Source of the DNA: Escherichia phage vB_EcoM_H12
Sequence record: PP952733.1
Strand: one strand, 5' to 3'
DNA length: 64,000 nucleotides
Shown here: piece after piece, positions 1-16,238 of the stretch
Numbering within the stretch: the stretch's first letter is position 1
How the letters are laid out: each line of letters starts with the position of its first letter
The notes under the pieces: model-generated
Seen by the model: the letters and a program-made list of their open reading frames with translations, nothing else
Told to the model about the DNA's origin: nothing
Databases searched by the model: none
Program-made: the position numbers and the translations under genes

Positions 1-198
1 ACGACCTTGTTAAAAGCTCTGTTTCAGGACTACCCTATGCAGGTGGTATTAATCAGTGCGACATTGATATGCGTCGTCAAAATCCTTGCTCTGTCAAGAA
101 ATACACAGAATATGGTGATGCTGCCAGATACGAAGGCAGAGATTACTGCAACCGTGTTAATGGCGTATTTATTATCGAGCGAGATGAATAATGGTTAA
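1..198 (+). CDS. 3' end of a gene continuing upstream of the window (partial, hydrophobic C-terminus)
   Basis: Frame 1 is open from position 1; the track start at 7 is a TTG codon, not ATG. Confidence 0.2.
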   Translation, partial: TTLLKALFQDYPMQVVLISATLICVVKILALSRNTQNMVMLPDTKAEITATVLMAYLLSSEMNNG

Positions 199-673
199 AA
201 GGGTTATTCACCCCGCTAGAGCAAAATTAGTCGGGGCTATGAAGAACTTGCAAACGGCTAATGCTCAAGTTGGGTATTTTCAAGAACAAGGTCAACATAG
301 CTCTGGTTTTTCTTATCCTGCTTTAATGTATTTACAAGAAGTTATTGGGGTTCCCTCAGCTTCTGGTAAAGTATATCGTAGGTTGTTTGAAATCACTATG
401 ATGCTAAACAGACAGACCTTGTTAGAGCAGACTAAGAAGAATCTATATAAGCAGCTTAGCAGTCTCAACACAGACCCTTCAAATACCTTAGAAGCATTTG
501 CAAAGAATGCTCAGAAGGCAATTAAAAGAGGTTTTGGTAATTCTGCTATACTCCCTCCTAACGCACCTTCCACAGTCAAGAAAAAAGGCTTTAACGCACC
601 TCTTGTTGAGACAGGTGACTTAAGGGACAACCTTGCTTATAAAATTTCTACTAAGAAGGGTATTAAAAAATGA
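191..673 (+). CDS. hypothetical virion morphogenesis / head-tail joining protein
   Basis: ATG at 191; tightly packed upstream of the tail module; no recognisable catalytic motif. Confidence 0.35.
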   Translation: MVKRVIHPARAKLVGAMKNLQTANAQVGYFQEQGQHSSGFSYPALMYLQEVIGVPSASGKVYRRLFEITMMLNRQTLLEQTKKNLYKQLSSLNTDPSNTLEAFAKNAQKAIKRGFGNSAILPPNAPSTVKKKGFNAPLVETGDLRDNLAYKISTKKGIKK

Positions 674-1071
674 GACTCTTAAACAGACACAGCTTTGTAG
701 TAAAGCGTAAAGTCTCTGAAGACGGTTATTATAATGATGATGGTGATTGGGTAGCTTCACAAGATATTGTAGAGGTTAACTGTAAAGGTAATATCCAGCC
801 ATACATCAAAGGTTCTGTAAAGAACGGTACACAGATTGCTTTACCAGAAGGTATTAGACTCACTGATACGAGAATCTTGTATACCACATATAAACTTAGA
901 ACTTCAGATGATGTAGAGTGGAATGAGTCTGACATTGTTATGATTGATGGTCATGAGTATGAAGTATTTATGACTATGGATTGGTCACAACAATTAGCCC
1001 ATACGTCCCATTATGAATATATCATTATTAGAAGGGATAAAATGAATGCAGTTAGAAACAGCAGAACTTGA
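670..1071 (+). CDS. hypothetical head-tail connector-like protein
   Basis: Start overlaps the upstream stop; position in structural operon. Confidence 0.35.
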   Translation: MRLLNRHSFVVKRKVSEDGYYNDDGDWVASQDIVEVNCKGNIQPYIKGSVKNGTQIALPEGIRLTDTRILYTTYKLRTSDDVEWNESDIVMIDGHEYEVFMTMDWSQQLAHTSHYEYIIIRRDKMNAVRNSRT

Positions 1072-1645
1072 AAAAGGTCTAGTTAGAACCTTAGTGGATG
1101 TTATTGGTCACAGACTAGCTCGTGATAAAAATAATAGACCAAATGTAATTAGAGCTTACCCTTCTGATAACTCAAATGACAAAGGTTTAAAACCTGACCA
1201 GCCATTTATTACCGTATATTGTCAAGATGCTGCAACACCTTATGGTTGGGTTCTTGATAAGTTTGTTGAGGATGATGTAGTTTGCTATAGAATTGCTTTT
1301 CAAATTCCAGTATTAATTACGGTAAATGGTAAAGGTGCTCACAGTATTATGCTTGAGCTTAAACAACGATTAGAGATGAGTTCAGTCAGAGATTTAATTC
1401 TTGAAGAGACAGGAGCTACAGTTTTAGACACTGGAGCTATCCCAAATGACTACACTTATCTTAATACAGATTTCGAAAATTCTGCACCTCTTGTTGTAAC
1501 TCTTGTAAAAAATTCAGTCCTGAAAGATGAACGTGGAGGTATCATTGAACGTGTCATTGTTGATGGTGAATTAGTTTACGAAGAAGGACAAGAGCCACCA
1601 GAATATACTATCCATCTAGATGTAGACTCCAAAGGGGTAAAATAA
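1046..1645 (+). CDS. hypothetical tail completion-like protein
   Basis: Operon position immediately upstream of the putative sheath gene. Confidence 0.35.
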   Translation: MQLETAELEKGLVRTLVDVIGHRLARDKNNRPNVIRAYPSDNSNDKGLKPDQPFITVYCQDAATPYGWVLDKFVEDDVVCYRIAFQIPVLITVNGKGAHSIMLELKQRLEMSSVRDLILEETGATVLDTGAIPNDYTYLNTDFENSAPLVVTLVKNSVLKDERGGIIERVIVDGELVYEEGQEPPEYTIHLDVDSKGVK

Positions 1646-2998
1646 ATGTGGAATCCAATTGTTAATGTAGATATTACATTGAACACCGCAGGAACTACAA
1701 GAGAAGGTTTTGGGCTGCCACTATTTTTAGCTTCAACAGATAACTTTGAAGAAAGAGTCCGTGGTTACACTTCCTTAACTGAAGTTGCTGAAGATTTCGA
1801 TGAAAATTCTGCTGCATATAAGGCTGCTAAACAACTTTGGAGTCAGACTCCTAAAGTAACTCAGCTTTATATTGGTAGACGTGCTATGCAGTACACTGTA
1901 TCAATTCCTGATGAGGTTACTGAGAGCACCGACTATTCTTTAACTGTAGCTGTGAGCGGTGGAGTTTCTCAGCCATTCCAGTACACTTCACAGTCAGAAG
2001 ATACTGCTGAGAAGGTGCTACAGCAGCTTAAAACTCAGATTGAAGCAGAACCTTCTGTAAAAGACCTTGTTACTGTCAATGTAACTGGTGCTGGCGGTTC
2101 AGCAACAATGGTAATCACCAAAGCTGGTGTCAACGACTTCGTGAAGGTTACTACTACAGCACAAACAGTGTCAATTGCAAGCACAACTGCTGACACAGCA
2201 TCGACTGCTCTGGCAGCTATTGAAGCGTATTCAACTGACTGGTATTTCATTGCAGCAGAAGACAGAACTCAACAGTTTGTCTTAGCAATGGCTTCTGAGA
2301 TTCAAGCTCGTAAGAAGATTTTCTTTACAGCTAACTCCGATGTAGCAGCACTGCAAGGTACAGAATTAGCGAGTGCAAATGATGTTCCAGCACAGCTTGC
2401 TAAGAATCAGTACACTCGTACAGTTTGCTTGTGGCATCACACAGCAGCAGAAGACTATCCAGAAATGGCTTATATTGCTTATGGTGCTCCGTATGATGCA
2501 GGTTCAATTGCTTGGGGTAACGCACAGTTAACTGGTGTAGCTGCTTCTCTACAGCCATCTAATCAGAGACCTCTGACAAGTATTCAGAAGTCAGCTTTAG
2601 ATGCACGTCACTGTAACTTTATTGACCTTGATGGTGGTGTTCCAGTGGTTCGTAGAGGGATTACTTCTGGTGGGGAATGGATTGATATCATCCGTGGTGT
2701 TGACTGGTTAGAATCAGACCTGAAAACTTCTCTGAGAGACTTGCTAATTAACCAGAAGGGTGGTAAGATTACTTATGATGATACTGGTATTACCCGTATT
2801 CGTCAAGTCATTGAAACCTCTCTGCAAAGAGCAGTCAACAGAAACTTCCTGTCATCTTACACAGTTAATGTTCCTAAAGCCTCTCAAGTTGCTTTGGCAG
2901 ACAAGAAAGCTCGTATCCTGAAAGATGTTACCTTCGCAGGTATCTTGGCAGGGGCTATCTTGGATGTTGACTTGAAAGGTACAGTGGCTTACGAATAA
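1646..2998 (+). CDS. putative tail sheath protein
   Basis: 450 aa ORF followed by a 148 aa tube-sized ORF, a chaperone pair and the tape measure; synteny only. Confidence 0.5.
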   Translation: MWNPIVNVDITLNTAGTTREGFGLPLFLASTDNFEERVRGYTSLTEVAEDFDENSAAYKAAKQLWSQTPKVTQLYIGRRAMQYTVSIPDEVTESTDYSLTVAVSGGVSQPFQYTSQSEDTAEKVLQQLKTQIEAEPSVKDLVTVNVTGAGGSATMVITKAGVNDFVKVTTTAQTVSIASTTADTASTALAAIEAYSTDWYFIAAEDRTQQFVLAMASEIQARKKIFFTANSDVAALQGTELASANDVPAQLAKNQYTRTVCLWHHTAAEDYPEMAYIAYGAPYDAGSIAWGNAQLTGVAASLQPSNQRPLTSIQKSALDARHCNFIDLDGGVPVVRRGITSGGEWIDIIRGVDWLESDLKTSLRDLLINQKGGKITYDDTGITRIRQVIETSLQRAVNRNFLSSYTVNVPKASQVALADKKARILKDVTFAGILAGAILDVDLKGTVAYE

Positions 2999-3013
2999 TA
3001 GAGGTAAATTGGA

Positions 3014-3460
3014 ATGGCTATGTATCAGCAATATTCCCCTAAAGACGTTGTGTGTAGCTGGAATGGTATTGCCATTGAAGGCTTTGCCCCAGACTCATTC
3101 TTACGTCTACAGAGAACATCACCACTTGTGACACCAGTTGTAGGTGCAGGTGGTCAGGTTGCTCTGACAAGAAATGCAGACAAGACAGGTACTATTGAGA
3201 TTGAGCTAATGCAGACTTCTCTCTCTAATCAGATGCTTTCTGCAATTCAAGCTAAACAAGACAATATGGAACTTGAAGAAGATATCTCTTCTAACTTCGT
3301 AATCTACGACCCATCAGGCTCTGTTCTGGCAACTGGTATTAATGCTTGGTTGCAGGAATTACCACAGATTGAACTTGGTCGTGACCAGAACTCTAAAACT
3401 TGGATTTTTGGTTGTGAGAAGCTAGACTACACTTCTACAATTCCAGCGTCAAGTGTTTAA
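3014..3460 (+). CDS. putative tail tube protein
   Basis: 148 aa; between sheath-sized ORF and chaperones; followed by an intrinsic terminator. Confidence 0.5.
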   Translation: MAMYQQYSPKDVVCSWNGIAIEGFAPDSFLRLQRTSPLVTPVVGAGGQVALTRNADKTGTIEIELMQTSLSNQMLSAIQAKQDNMELEEDISSNFVIYDPSGSVLATGINAWLQELPQIELGRDQNSKTWIFGCEKLDYTSTIPASSV

Positions 3461-3472
3461 TAAATCCTATAA

Positions 3473-3504
3473 GGGGGAGACTTTAAAAGGTCTTCCCCTT
3501 TTTT
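3473..3504 (+). terminator. rho-independent terminator after tube gene
   Basis: GGGGGAGAC / GTCTTCCCC stem (one G-U pair), loop TTTAAAAG, then TTTTTT. Confidence 0.55.
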
Positions 3505-3533
3505 GTTTCTTTTAAAAGTATTAAGGAATCACA

Positions 3534-3932
3534 ATGAAAACAGAATCTAGAGTAATTAATGGTAAGAAAGTAAATATCGTTCTGCTTGGGGCAAGAGATG
3601 GTATTAAGATGTCTATGAAGTTGGGTAAAATTGTTGTTCCAACATTTGCACAGATGCTGTCAAGCCTGACTGATAAAGATAAGAAAGAAGCTCCAATGGT
3701 TCCATTTAAAGAACTTGTTGAAGCTTGTTTTGACAGAATTGAAGAAATTAACCTTGAAGAAATGGCTACCCTGTTATTTCAAGGGGCAACTGTTGATGAC
3801 TTCCCACTTAATATTGATACATACTTCCAAGCAAACTATGGTGAATTTATTGATTACTTAGTATTTGCGCTGGAGGCAAACTTCGGAAGTTTTTTCGAAG
3901 CAAGCATTTTCAAAAGCCTAACTTCTCAGTAA
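3534..3932 (+). CDS. tail assembly chaperone (short form)
   Basis: 132 aa acidic protein directly upstream of the tape measure; slippery TTTTTTC near its 3' end. Confidence 0.55.
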   Translation: MKTESRVINGKKVNIVLLGARDGIKMSMKLGKIVVPTFAQMLSSLTDKDKKEAPMVPFKELVEACFDRIEEINLEEMATLLFQGATVDDFPLNIDTYFQANYGEFIDYLVFALEANFGSFFEASIFKSLTSQ

Positions 3933-4173
3933 ACATGGGTAACACTCTACAGACACCACTGACTGATGCTGCTGTAGAGGCAACCTATGAAGAAGCAGAC
4001 GAGATGAAATTTGTGCTTGCTATTTATGGTATGGAAGGGTGTAAAGAAACACTTGACCAACTCTTTGCTATGACATTCTCTGATTTATTATCATTGAGAC
4101 AATTTCTTGAGATTCAGAGGTCGTATAAAGAGGAAATTGCTTACAACGAACTTAGAAGAGCAGGAAAAATGTA

Positions 4174-4174
<1 letters not shown>
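3854..4174 (+). CDS. -1 frame extension of the tail assembly chaperone (candidate frameshift product 3534-4174)
   Basis: Frame 2 is open from 3854 and overlaps the 3' end of 3534-3932; T_TTT_TTC at 3890-3896 is in the correct register; ends at the tape measure start. Confidence 0.4.
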
Positions 4175-9558
<5,384 letters not shown>

Positions 9559-9559
<1 letters not shown>

Positions 9560-11028
9560 TGGCAGGATTAACTACAACAGGATTACAAACTCTAAGATAT
9601 CAGGAGATTTTTGATAATATCAAATCAAGACTTCTTAGAGATATTTCACCCAATCTTGACGTTTCTGAAGATAGTCAATTAGGACTCTTCCTAGCTTCAA
9701 TTGCAAGGTCTTTAGCAGATACTCATGAGATTCTATCAGAAATCTACGATGGTGGGACAATTGATAAAGCTGAAGGTTTTAACCTTGACGACATTACAGC
9801 TTTGAACGCGGTGTATAGGTATGTTGCTCAGGCAACAAGAGGTCAGGTTGAGTTTACTGGAACAACTGGTGCTACCATTCCTTCAACAACAAGATTAAGA
9901 AGTACTGCCGGAAACATCTTTTATCCAGTTAATAACATTACCCTTACTCCATCATATTGTGTTGAAGCTATCCTTGAAGTTAACTCTTTACGAACTGATG
10001 CAGATTATGTTATTATTATTGATAACGTCATTTTCTCATATAAACCAACCTCATTAGACACAATCACCACGCTGCTAACAAAATTAGCAGAAGCTATTAA
10101 TGGTGGTATTGTAGCAAAAGCAGAAGTCATTAATGATGGAGCCGCACTAAGAGTCTATAAAGACGAGGGTGATATCATTGCAAGAACAAACCCTATGGTT
10201 GTCACTGCAACAACGTTTCTGACCTTTACAAAAATTACAACTATTTCAGATGTAGTAGCTGAAGAGGTTGGTGCTACCCCTGCTTTGGCTGGTACGCTTA
10301 TTGAGATTGAGACAACTGTTGATGGTCTTGACAGTATTTATAACAGGTATGATTTAACAACTGGTAGAAACGAAGAAACTGACACAGAACTTAGACAGAG
10401 ATATTTAGAATCTTTAGCAGTTACTGGTGTAGGGACTTTGGATGCAATTGTAGCTGCTGTTAAAAGAGTTCAAGGTGTCTCAGATGCTTCAGGTGTTGAA
10501 AATGATACTGAAGAGACAAGCTCAGAAGGTCTTCCACCAAAATCTTTTAAGATTGTTGTGGTTGGTGGTCAAAATGATAATGTTGCTCAAGCAATCTGGG
10601 ATACAAAACCTGCTGGTATTAGGGCTTATGGCTCAATTTTTGGTACAGCCCATGATTTAGGTGGTTTGGCACATAATATTTATTTTAGCAGACCAACACC
10701 AAAATACGCATTTGTTAAAGTCTCTTACTCTTTATATGATGAAGAAAGCTTGACAATCCCTGAAGAGGATATCAGAGACAGCATTGTACAAGGTATTAAT
10801 GCTTATGGAAGAACTCTTAAGGTTGGTAATGATGTTATCCCTAACAGAATCTATGGATATATCTATGACGTGATTAAAGGTATTGAGATTAATGAGGTTA
10901 AAGTAGCCTTATCAAACAGCCAATCAGTCCCACCTAGTGACGGGCAGTATACTACAGCAAGAATTACTGTTGACGGTGACCAATATACTGTTTGGGAAAG
11001 CAGCCAGTATACCATCACTAAGGAGTAA
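9559..11028 (+). CDS. baseplate J-like protein
   Basis: 489 aa; position and length typical of gpJ/gp6-family wedge subunits. Confidence 0.6.
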
Positions 11029-11030
11029 TA

Positions 11031-11885
11031 ATGTTTGAAAAGATTGATAGTGTTTATTACAAAACACTTGATGAAAGGACTGTAACACAGTTTAAAGATA
11101 AATTTATCTATACAAGTATCTTGAAAGCAATCACTGATGAATTACAAACTCTAGAGGATGTTTGCTGGCAGATGCACACAGAGAGAAATATCAGGACGTC
11201 AGTAGGCCAACAACTTGATAACATTGGCTCACTGATTAAAGTTCCTAGACCTTTAGGTGCAGATGATGAAACATATAGGGCTATGCTTTATATTCAAATC
11301 TTCCTAAGACGCTCTGACACCACCCCAACATTCTTGCAAAAAGCAATTATGACGCTATACGGTGCAACTTTCTCTCAGATTTTTGAGCATATTACTCCTA
11401 AGATTGGTGGTATCGTTATCCGTATCAACACTAGAAAAAGCGTTCTAGATGCTGCATATACACTATCAAAGATTTCTGCAACAACTACTGGCTCCGCTGT
11501 TATCTTAAGAGATGTTACTTTAAATGGGACTGCTTGGACACCTGTAGAGGTTGCTGATTCATCACTTGCTATTGTTGATGATAAAGAGAACTGGTTTGTA
11601 ACTGATGCTAACAGGGGTCTTGTCACAAATAACACTGGTGGCTCTCTGGAGTCCAACTTAGTAGGTAGTCTTGCAGATGCTGGTGTTATTGATGGTTACT
11701 TTAGGGTTGACAGAACAGCAAACTCACAGAGTGATGATTATATGACTGTAGATAGGTCCAATAATAGTGGCTATTTCATCGTTGGTAAAGAAGCTATTGC
11801 AGGTGGTGCATATGGAATCATGGCTGAGGTTGCACAAATTGTCAAAGGCAGAAAAGATAAATCACAACAAGAAGGAAATTCTTAA
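11031..11885 (+). CDS. putative baseplate / tail-fibre attachment protein
   Basis: Follows J-like gene as in P2 gpI / XkdU-type modules. Confidence 0.4.
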   Translation: MFEKIDSVYYKTLDERTVTQFKDKFIYTSILKAITDELQTLEDVCWQMHTERNIRTSVGQQLDNIGSLIKVPRPLGADDETYRAMLYIQIFLRRSDTTPTFLQKAIMTLYGATFSQIFEHITPKIGGIVIRINTRKSVLDAAYTLSKISATTTGSAVILRDVTLNGTAWTPVEVADSSLAIVDDKENWFVTDANRGLVTNNTGGSLESNLVGSLADAGVIDGYFRVDRTANSQSDDYMTVDRSNNSGYFIVGKEAIAGGAYGIMAEVAQIVKGRKDKSQQEGNS

Positions 11886-12187
11886 TGGCAGTTTTAAATT
11901 GGTCTACAAATGAAGTAGATACTGATGGTAACCAGTTAAAAGTTTTACCACCACCGGAAGTTCAAGAGACAGGTCTTTTAAAGGGTGAACCTATGGGTAG
12001 ACAGTGGTTCAACTATATTATCAACTACCTGCTTAATAAAGTAAACGGCACTGTTGGTGAAGTTCGCTCATATGCAACTCAGCAACCAGATTTAGTAGCC
12101 AATGGCTGGAAACTAATTAAGTCTGAGACAGGGACTGCAACAACAAGTACAAAGAACCTTTACACATATGAATATGTAGGAGCTTAA
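11885..12187 (+). CDS. hypothetical tail-fibre associated protein
   Basis: 100 aa, coupled to the downstream fibre gene. Confidence 0.35.
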   Translation: MAVLNWSTNEVDTDGNQLKVLPPPEVQETGLLKGEPMGRQWFNYIINYLLNKVNGTVGEVRSYATQQPDLVANGWKLIKSETGTATTSTKNLYTYEYVGA

Positions 12188-12189
12188 TA

Positions 12190-13365
12190 ATGGCAGTCGG
12201 TGAAATTCAAATTAGTGCCTTGCCACAAGCGGCATTACCTGTTGATTTAAGTGATATCTTCCATCTTAAGCAAGGTGTTGAGGATAAAAGATGTACGCTT
12301 GAACAGTTGTTAGCACCTCACGCATCTTTGAGGAATAATCCTCATGGTGTAACCAAATCGCAAGTGGGTCTTGATAATGTTATTAACTCTCTTCAATTAG
12401 TTGCAGCTAATAACTTGTCAGACATTGTGAATGTTGCTGAGGCAAGAGCAAATCTACAAATTATGTCGTCAGAGGAAGTGAATAACTTAATTCAGCAACA
12501 TATTGACGACAAAAGTAACCCACACAATACAACGAAAGCACAGGTCGGTTTAAGTAATGTTCAGAACTGGACAACATCTAATCTGTACAACGAAGATGCT
12601 GATAAGTACGCCACCGCGAGAGCAGTGAATAATTTATACAAAGCTATTCAAGCATCATATCCAGTAGGGACTATTCATCTATCTGTTAACTCTGCCAACC
12701 CATCCACTTACTTGCTTTGTGGAGGTACTTGGGAGTTAGTTTCTAAAGGTAGAGCACTAGTTGGTTACGATACAGATTCTAGACCTGTTGGTTCAATGTT
12801 TGGTTCTCAGACTGTAGCATTAACGAATAATAATTTACCAGCACACACACACTCTATCTATCTAACAGGTGGTGGTCATACACACTCTGCAAGTGTATCT
12901 ATCTCTAGTTTTGATTATGGTTCAAAGAGTACATCAACTTTTGACTACGGTACAAAAACGACTAATAGTGCTGGTGCTCATACTCACACGTTTAGTGGTA
13001 CAACAAGTAATGCTGGTAACCACAACCACAGAGTACCTATGAGGGGTAATGATAGGGGTGGTACAAATGCTATTACTGCATCTGCTGATGCTGGTGTTGG
13101 TAATGCTATGTATACTGATTTAGCTGGTGCTCACACCCATAGCTTCTCAGGCACAACTGCATCATCTGGTGCTCATAGCCATACTCTTGCAATTGGTGCT
13201 CACAGCCACACTGTTAATATTGGTTCACACAGTCATACGGGCACTGTTACTGTTTCTAGCTCTGAGCATACACACTCAGGGACATCTGGTTCTGTTGGTG
13301 GTGGTCAAGCTTTCAGTGTTGAGCAACCATCTTTTGTAGTATATGTGTGGCAGAGAACAGCTTAA
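12190..13365 (+). CDS. tail fibre protein (short paralogue)
   Basis: Repeated NPH..T..QVGL motifs; C-terminal Ser/Thr/Gly-rich HTHS/GAHSHT repeats; C-terminus shared with the 849 aa fibre. Confidence 0.75.
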   Translation: MAVGEIQISALPQAALPVDLSDIFHLKQGVEDKRCTLEQLLAPHASLRNNPHGVTKSQVGLDNVINSLQLVAANNLSDIVNVAEARANLQIMSSEEVNNLIQQHIDDKSNPHNTTKAQVGLSNVQNWTTSNLYNEDADKYATARAVNNLYKAIQASYPVGTIHLSVNSANPSTYLLCGGTWELVSKGRALVGYDTDSRPVGSMFGSQTVALTNNNLPAHTHSIYLTGGGHTHSASVSISSFDYGSKSTSTFDYGTKTTNSAGAHTHTFSGTTSNAGNHNHRVPMRGNDRGGTNAITASADAGVGNAMYTDLAGAHTHSFSGTTASSGAHSHTLAIGAHSHTVNIGSHSHTGTVTVSSSEHTHSGTSGSVGGGQAFSVEQPSFVVYVWQRTA

Positions 13366-13376
13366 TTTCTTTACAG

Positions 13377-13398
13377 GGGCTTTGTAGCCCCTTTTAAG
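13377..13398 (+). terminator. hairpin GGGGCT-TTGT-AGCCCC with short T-run (terminator or attenuator)
   Basis: Perfect 6 bp GC-rich stem; follows fibre gene; T-tract only 4 nt. Confidence 0.35.
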
Positions 13399-13411
13399 AG
13401 GAAAATTTATA

Positions 13412-15961
13412 ATGGCAGATTACAAATTGAGTCAATTAAACTCAATCGACACAATTCGTTCAGAAGACCTATTGCACATCAGAGTTAAGAAAAGACCTGA
13501 AATGTTGGGTGACGAAGACCGTAGAATGACCTATCAAGACTTCTTAGCTTCCTTCAAACTAGAAAGGTTTGTTCAGATTGCTGGGAGTACTATGGTTGGG
13601 GATTTAGGTATTGTCAAGTTACTTTACGGTGGTAAGGCAGTATTTGACCCAACAGGCTCTTCTGAGATTACTATTGGGGATATTTTAAAGTCTTTTAAAA
13701 TTAACTCAAATGGGCTTAAACTCACTATTGCAGATGCCACAAGGTCGGCAACTGTTTATCATACTTTGAATAAACCAAGCCCTAATGAACTTGGTATGAG
13801 AACTAATGAAGAGAATGATGCAAGATATGCAAGGCTTGCTGTTACAAACACATTCTCTGGGACTCAGAACATTCAAGGTGATGCTAACTTACTTCGCCTT
13901 AGAAACCGAAATGCAAACAATGCACAATACATTGAAGGTGTAAACCCAGATGGTTCAGCTAGATGGTGGGTTGGTATTGGTAGCAATGGTTCTGACGAAG
14001 TAAAACTGTACAATAACAAATACAACTCAGTCTTGACTGTTGCAAGTAATATCTCTGTTAATAAGTCTTTAGCAATCACTGGACAAGTCCAACCTTCAGA
14101 TTTCTCTAACTTAGATGCTAGATACTTTACTCAGACAGTTGCTAATCAGAGATTTGCACAGTTAGCTGGTAATAACACTTTTACAGGTGCTAACACATTT
14201 AGGACTATGAGTGTTATTTCAAATGCTGCTGCTATCACACTGCAATGTGCATCAGCAAACGAATCCCTGTATCTACTTGCAAAAGATTATGAAGGTGGAA
14301 ACTTATGGTATCTCGGTAAAGGTAGTTCAGGTGCTGGTGTAACTATCTACAACTATACCACTAACACCTCTTTGGTCTTAGATGCTGCTGGAGTATCAGC
14401 AAATAAAAATGTCAGAATCACTGGACAAGTTCAACCTTCAGATTGGGCTAACATTGACTCTAGATATATTCCGGCAGCAACATTAAGTACAATTGCAAGA
14501 ACTAATGCAAGGAATACTTTTAATGGTGTACAGACAGTTGTTACGGATAATGAAGGTCTGATTGTTAAAAACTCTACTCAGAATAGACCATTATATATTC
14601 GTGGTGTGGACACTACTAATGTATCAAGATGGTGGATTGGTGTTGGTGGTGCTGATACGAATGATGTTACCCTAAATAACAGTTATTCTGGAACCCAATT
14701 GGTTCTCGGAAATACAACATCATACATTAACAAAACATTGACTATTGCTGGACAAGTTCAACCTTCAGATTTTTCTAACTTAGATGCTAGATACTTTACG
14801 CAAAGTGCTAGTGATAGCAGATACCTAAGAATCAGAAGCACTAGCTTCAATGTGGGAAACACTGATAAGTGGGCTAAAATTGCCACTGTTGTGATGCCAC
14901 AATCAGCATCAACTGCTGTTATTGAGGTATTTGGTGGGTCAGGTTTTAATATTAATACACCACAACAAGCAGGTAAATGTGAAATTGTTCTGCGAACTTC
15001 AAATAACAATCCAAAGGGCTTAAATGTTGTTGCTTGGAGAACATCAGACAACACCATTGTCAGGGATATTGGTTATGTGAATACTTCTGGAGACACCTAT
15101 GATATTTACTATCTTGCTGGTACGTATCAAAACAGCACAACGACAAGGGTTCAGTCTTCTAGTAATGCAAGTGTACAGTTGTTTGAAGTCCCACAGACAT
15201 TTGATGATGCTCCACAAGGTATTGTGAAGGGTACAATTGCAAAATACTACACAAGTTTGCAAAAACCAACCCCTTCAGAAATTGGTGCATACACTAAAGC
15301 AGAGACTGACCAGAAGATTGCAGAAGCAATTAGTGACTCTACAGACCTGAATAAAATCTATCCAGTAGGTATTGTGACGTGGTTTAATAGTAATGTTAAC
15401 CCTAATACAGCACTTCCTGGTCTAACTTGGACGTACCTGAATAATGGTGTTGGCAGAACTATTAGAATTGCAGCAGCAAATGGTTCAGATGTTGCTACAA
15501 CTGGTGGTTCAGACTCTGTAACGTTATCTGTTGGTAACTTGCCTTCACACACGCATAGTTTCTCTGCTACTACTTCATCATTTGATTATGGTACTAAGAC
15601 TTCTAGTACAACTGGTAACCATAACCATAACAGAGGGACTATGGAGATTACTGGTACAGTAGGTTACTTTAGAAGTGACTCTAGCAGCTTCTACACAGCA
15701 AGTGGTGCATTTACACTTGGTAGCTCAACTGCTTCTAAAGGCTTTACTGGTTCTCACTTCACTTATGGTATCCCTGCTAACTTCAATGCGTCAAGAACTT
15801 GGTCTGGTGTAACTAACACAACTGGTAACCACAGCCACACTGTTGGTATTGGTGCTCACAGCCACACAGTTAGTGGTAACACAGGTGGTACTGGTTCTGG
15901 TTCAGCATTTAGTGTTACTAACCAGTTCTACAAGTTAATGGCTTGGGTGAGAACTGCTTAA
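13412..15961 (+). CDS. tail fibre protein (long paralogue)
   Basis: 849 aa; three internal ITGQVQPSD(F/W)(S/A)N(L/I)D(A/S)RY repeats; C-terminal HxH repeats and ...AFSV...W.RTA end like the 12190 gene. Confidence 0.8.
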   Translation: MADYKLSQLNSIDTIRSEDLLHIRVKKRPEMLGDEDRRMTYQDFLASFKLERFVQIAGSTMVGDLGIVKLLYGGKAVFDPTGSSEITIGDILKSFKINSNGLKLTIADATRSATVYHTLNKPSPNELGMRTNEENDARYARLAVTNTFSGTQNIQGDANLLRLRNRNANNAQYIEGVNPDGSARWWVGIGSNGSDEVKLYNNKYNSVLTVASNISVNKSLAITGQVQPSDFSNLDARYFTQTVANQRFAQLAGNNTFTGANTFRTMSVISNAAAITLQCASANESLYLLAKDYEGGNLWYLGKGSSGAGVTIYNYTTNTSLVLDAAGVSANKNVRITGQVQPSDWANIDSRYIPAATLSTIARTNARNTFNGVQTVVTDNEGLIVKNSTQNRPLYIRGVDTTNVSRWWIGVGGADTNDVTLNNSYSGTQLVLGNTTSYINKTLTIAGQVQPSDFSNLDARYFTQSASDSRYLRIRSTSFNVGNTDKWAKIATVVMPQSASTAVIEVFGGSGFNINTPQQAGKCEIVLRTSNNNPKGLNVVAWRTSDNTIVRDIGYVNTSGDTYDIYYLAGTYQNSTTTRVQSSSNASVQLFEVPQTFDDAPQGIVKGTIAKYYTSLQKPTPSEIGAYTKAETDQKIAEAISDSTDLNKIYPVGIVTWFNSNVNPNTALPGLTWTYLNNGVGRTIRIAAANGSDVATTGGSDSVTLSVGNLPSHTHSFSATTSSFDYGTKTSSTTGNHNHNRGTMEITGTVGYFRSDSSSFYTASGAFTLGSSTASKGFTGSHFTYGIPANFNASRTWSGVTNTTGNHSHTVGIGAHSHTVSGNTGGTGSGSAFSVTNQFYKLMAWVRTA

Positions 15962-16040
15962 TCACTTGTTGACTGATTGTTAAGATGGTGTTAATATTCT
16001 TTATGGGTATTCTCACCATCTTGGCTGATGAGGTGATTAA

Positions 16041-16238
16041 ATGCCTACAATCCTAGCAATTCTTCTAAAAAATCTAGGTAGCTTCTTCTGGAAACTCATT
16101 TTATCCCTTCTAAGTGAATACATGATTGAGAAAGTGTTCTTTAAGCTTGCAAGATATCTTGCGAGTAAGACAGATACACCTATTGATGATGAGTTCGTAG
16201 ATAACTTAGAAAAAGCTTTTAAGGGGGAGAATAAATGA
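16041..16238 (+). CDS. small membrane protein, possible holin-like
   Basis: 65 aa; N-terminal hydrophobic helix and charged C-terminus; after the fibre genes. Confidence 0.3.
   Translation: MPTILAILLKNLGSFFWKLILSLLSEYMIEKVFFKLARYLASKTDTPIDDEFVDNLEKAFKGENK

Noticed and set aside
13377-13398. Strong intrinsic terminator between the two tail-fibre genes
   Set aside because: The stem is good but the T-tract is only 4 nt and the element matches the GGGGCT/AGCCCC hairpin family seen in promoter and leader contexts; kept as a low-confidence feature only.
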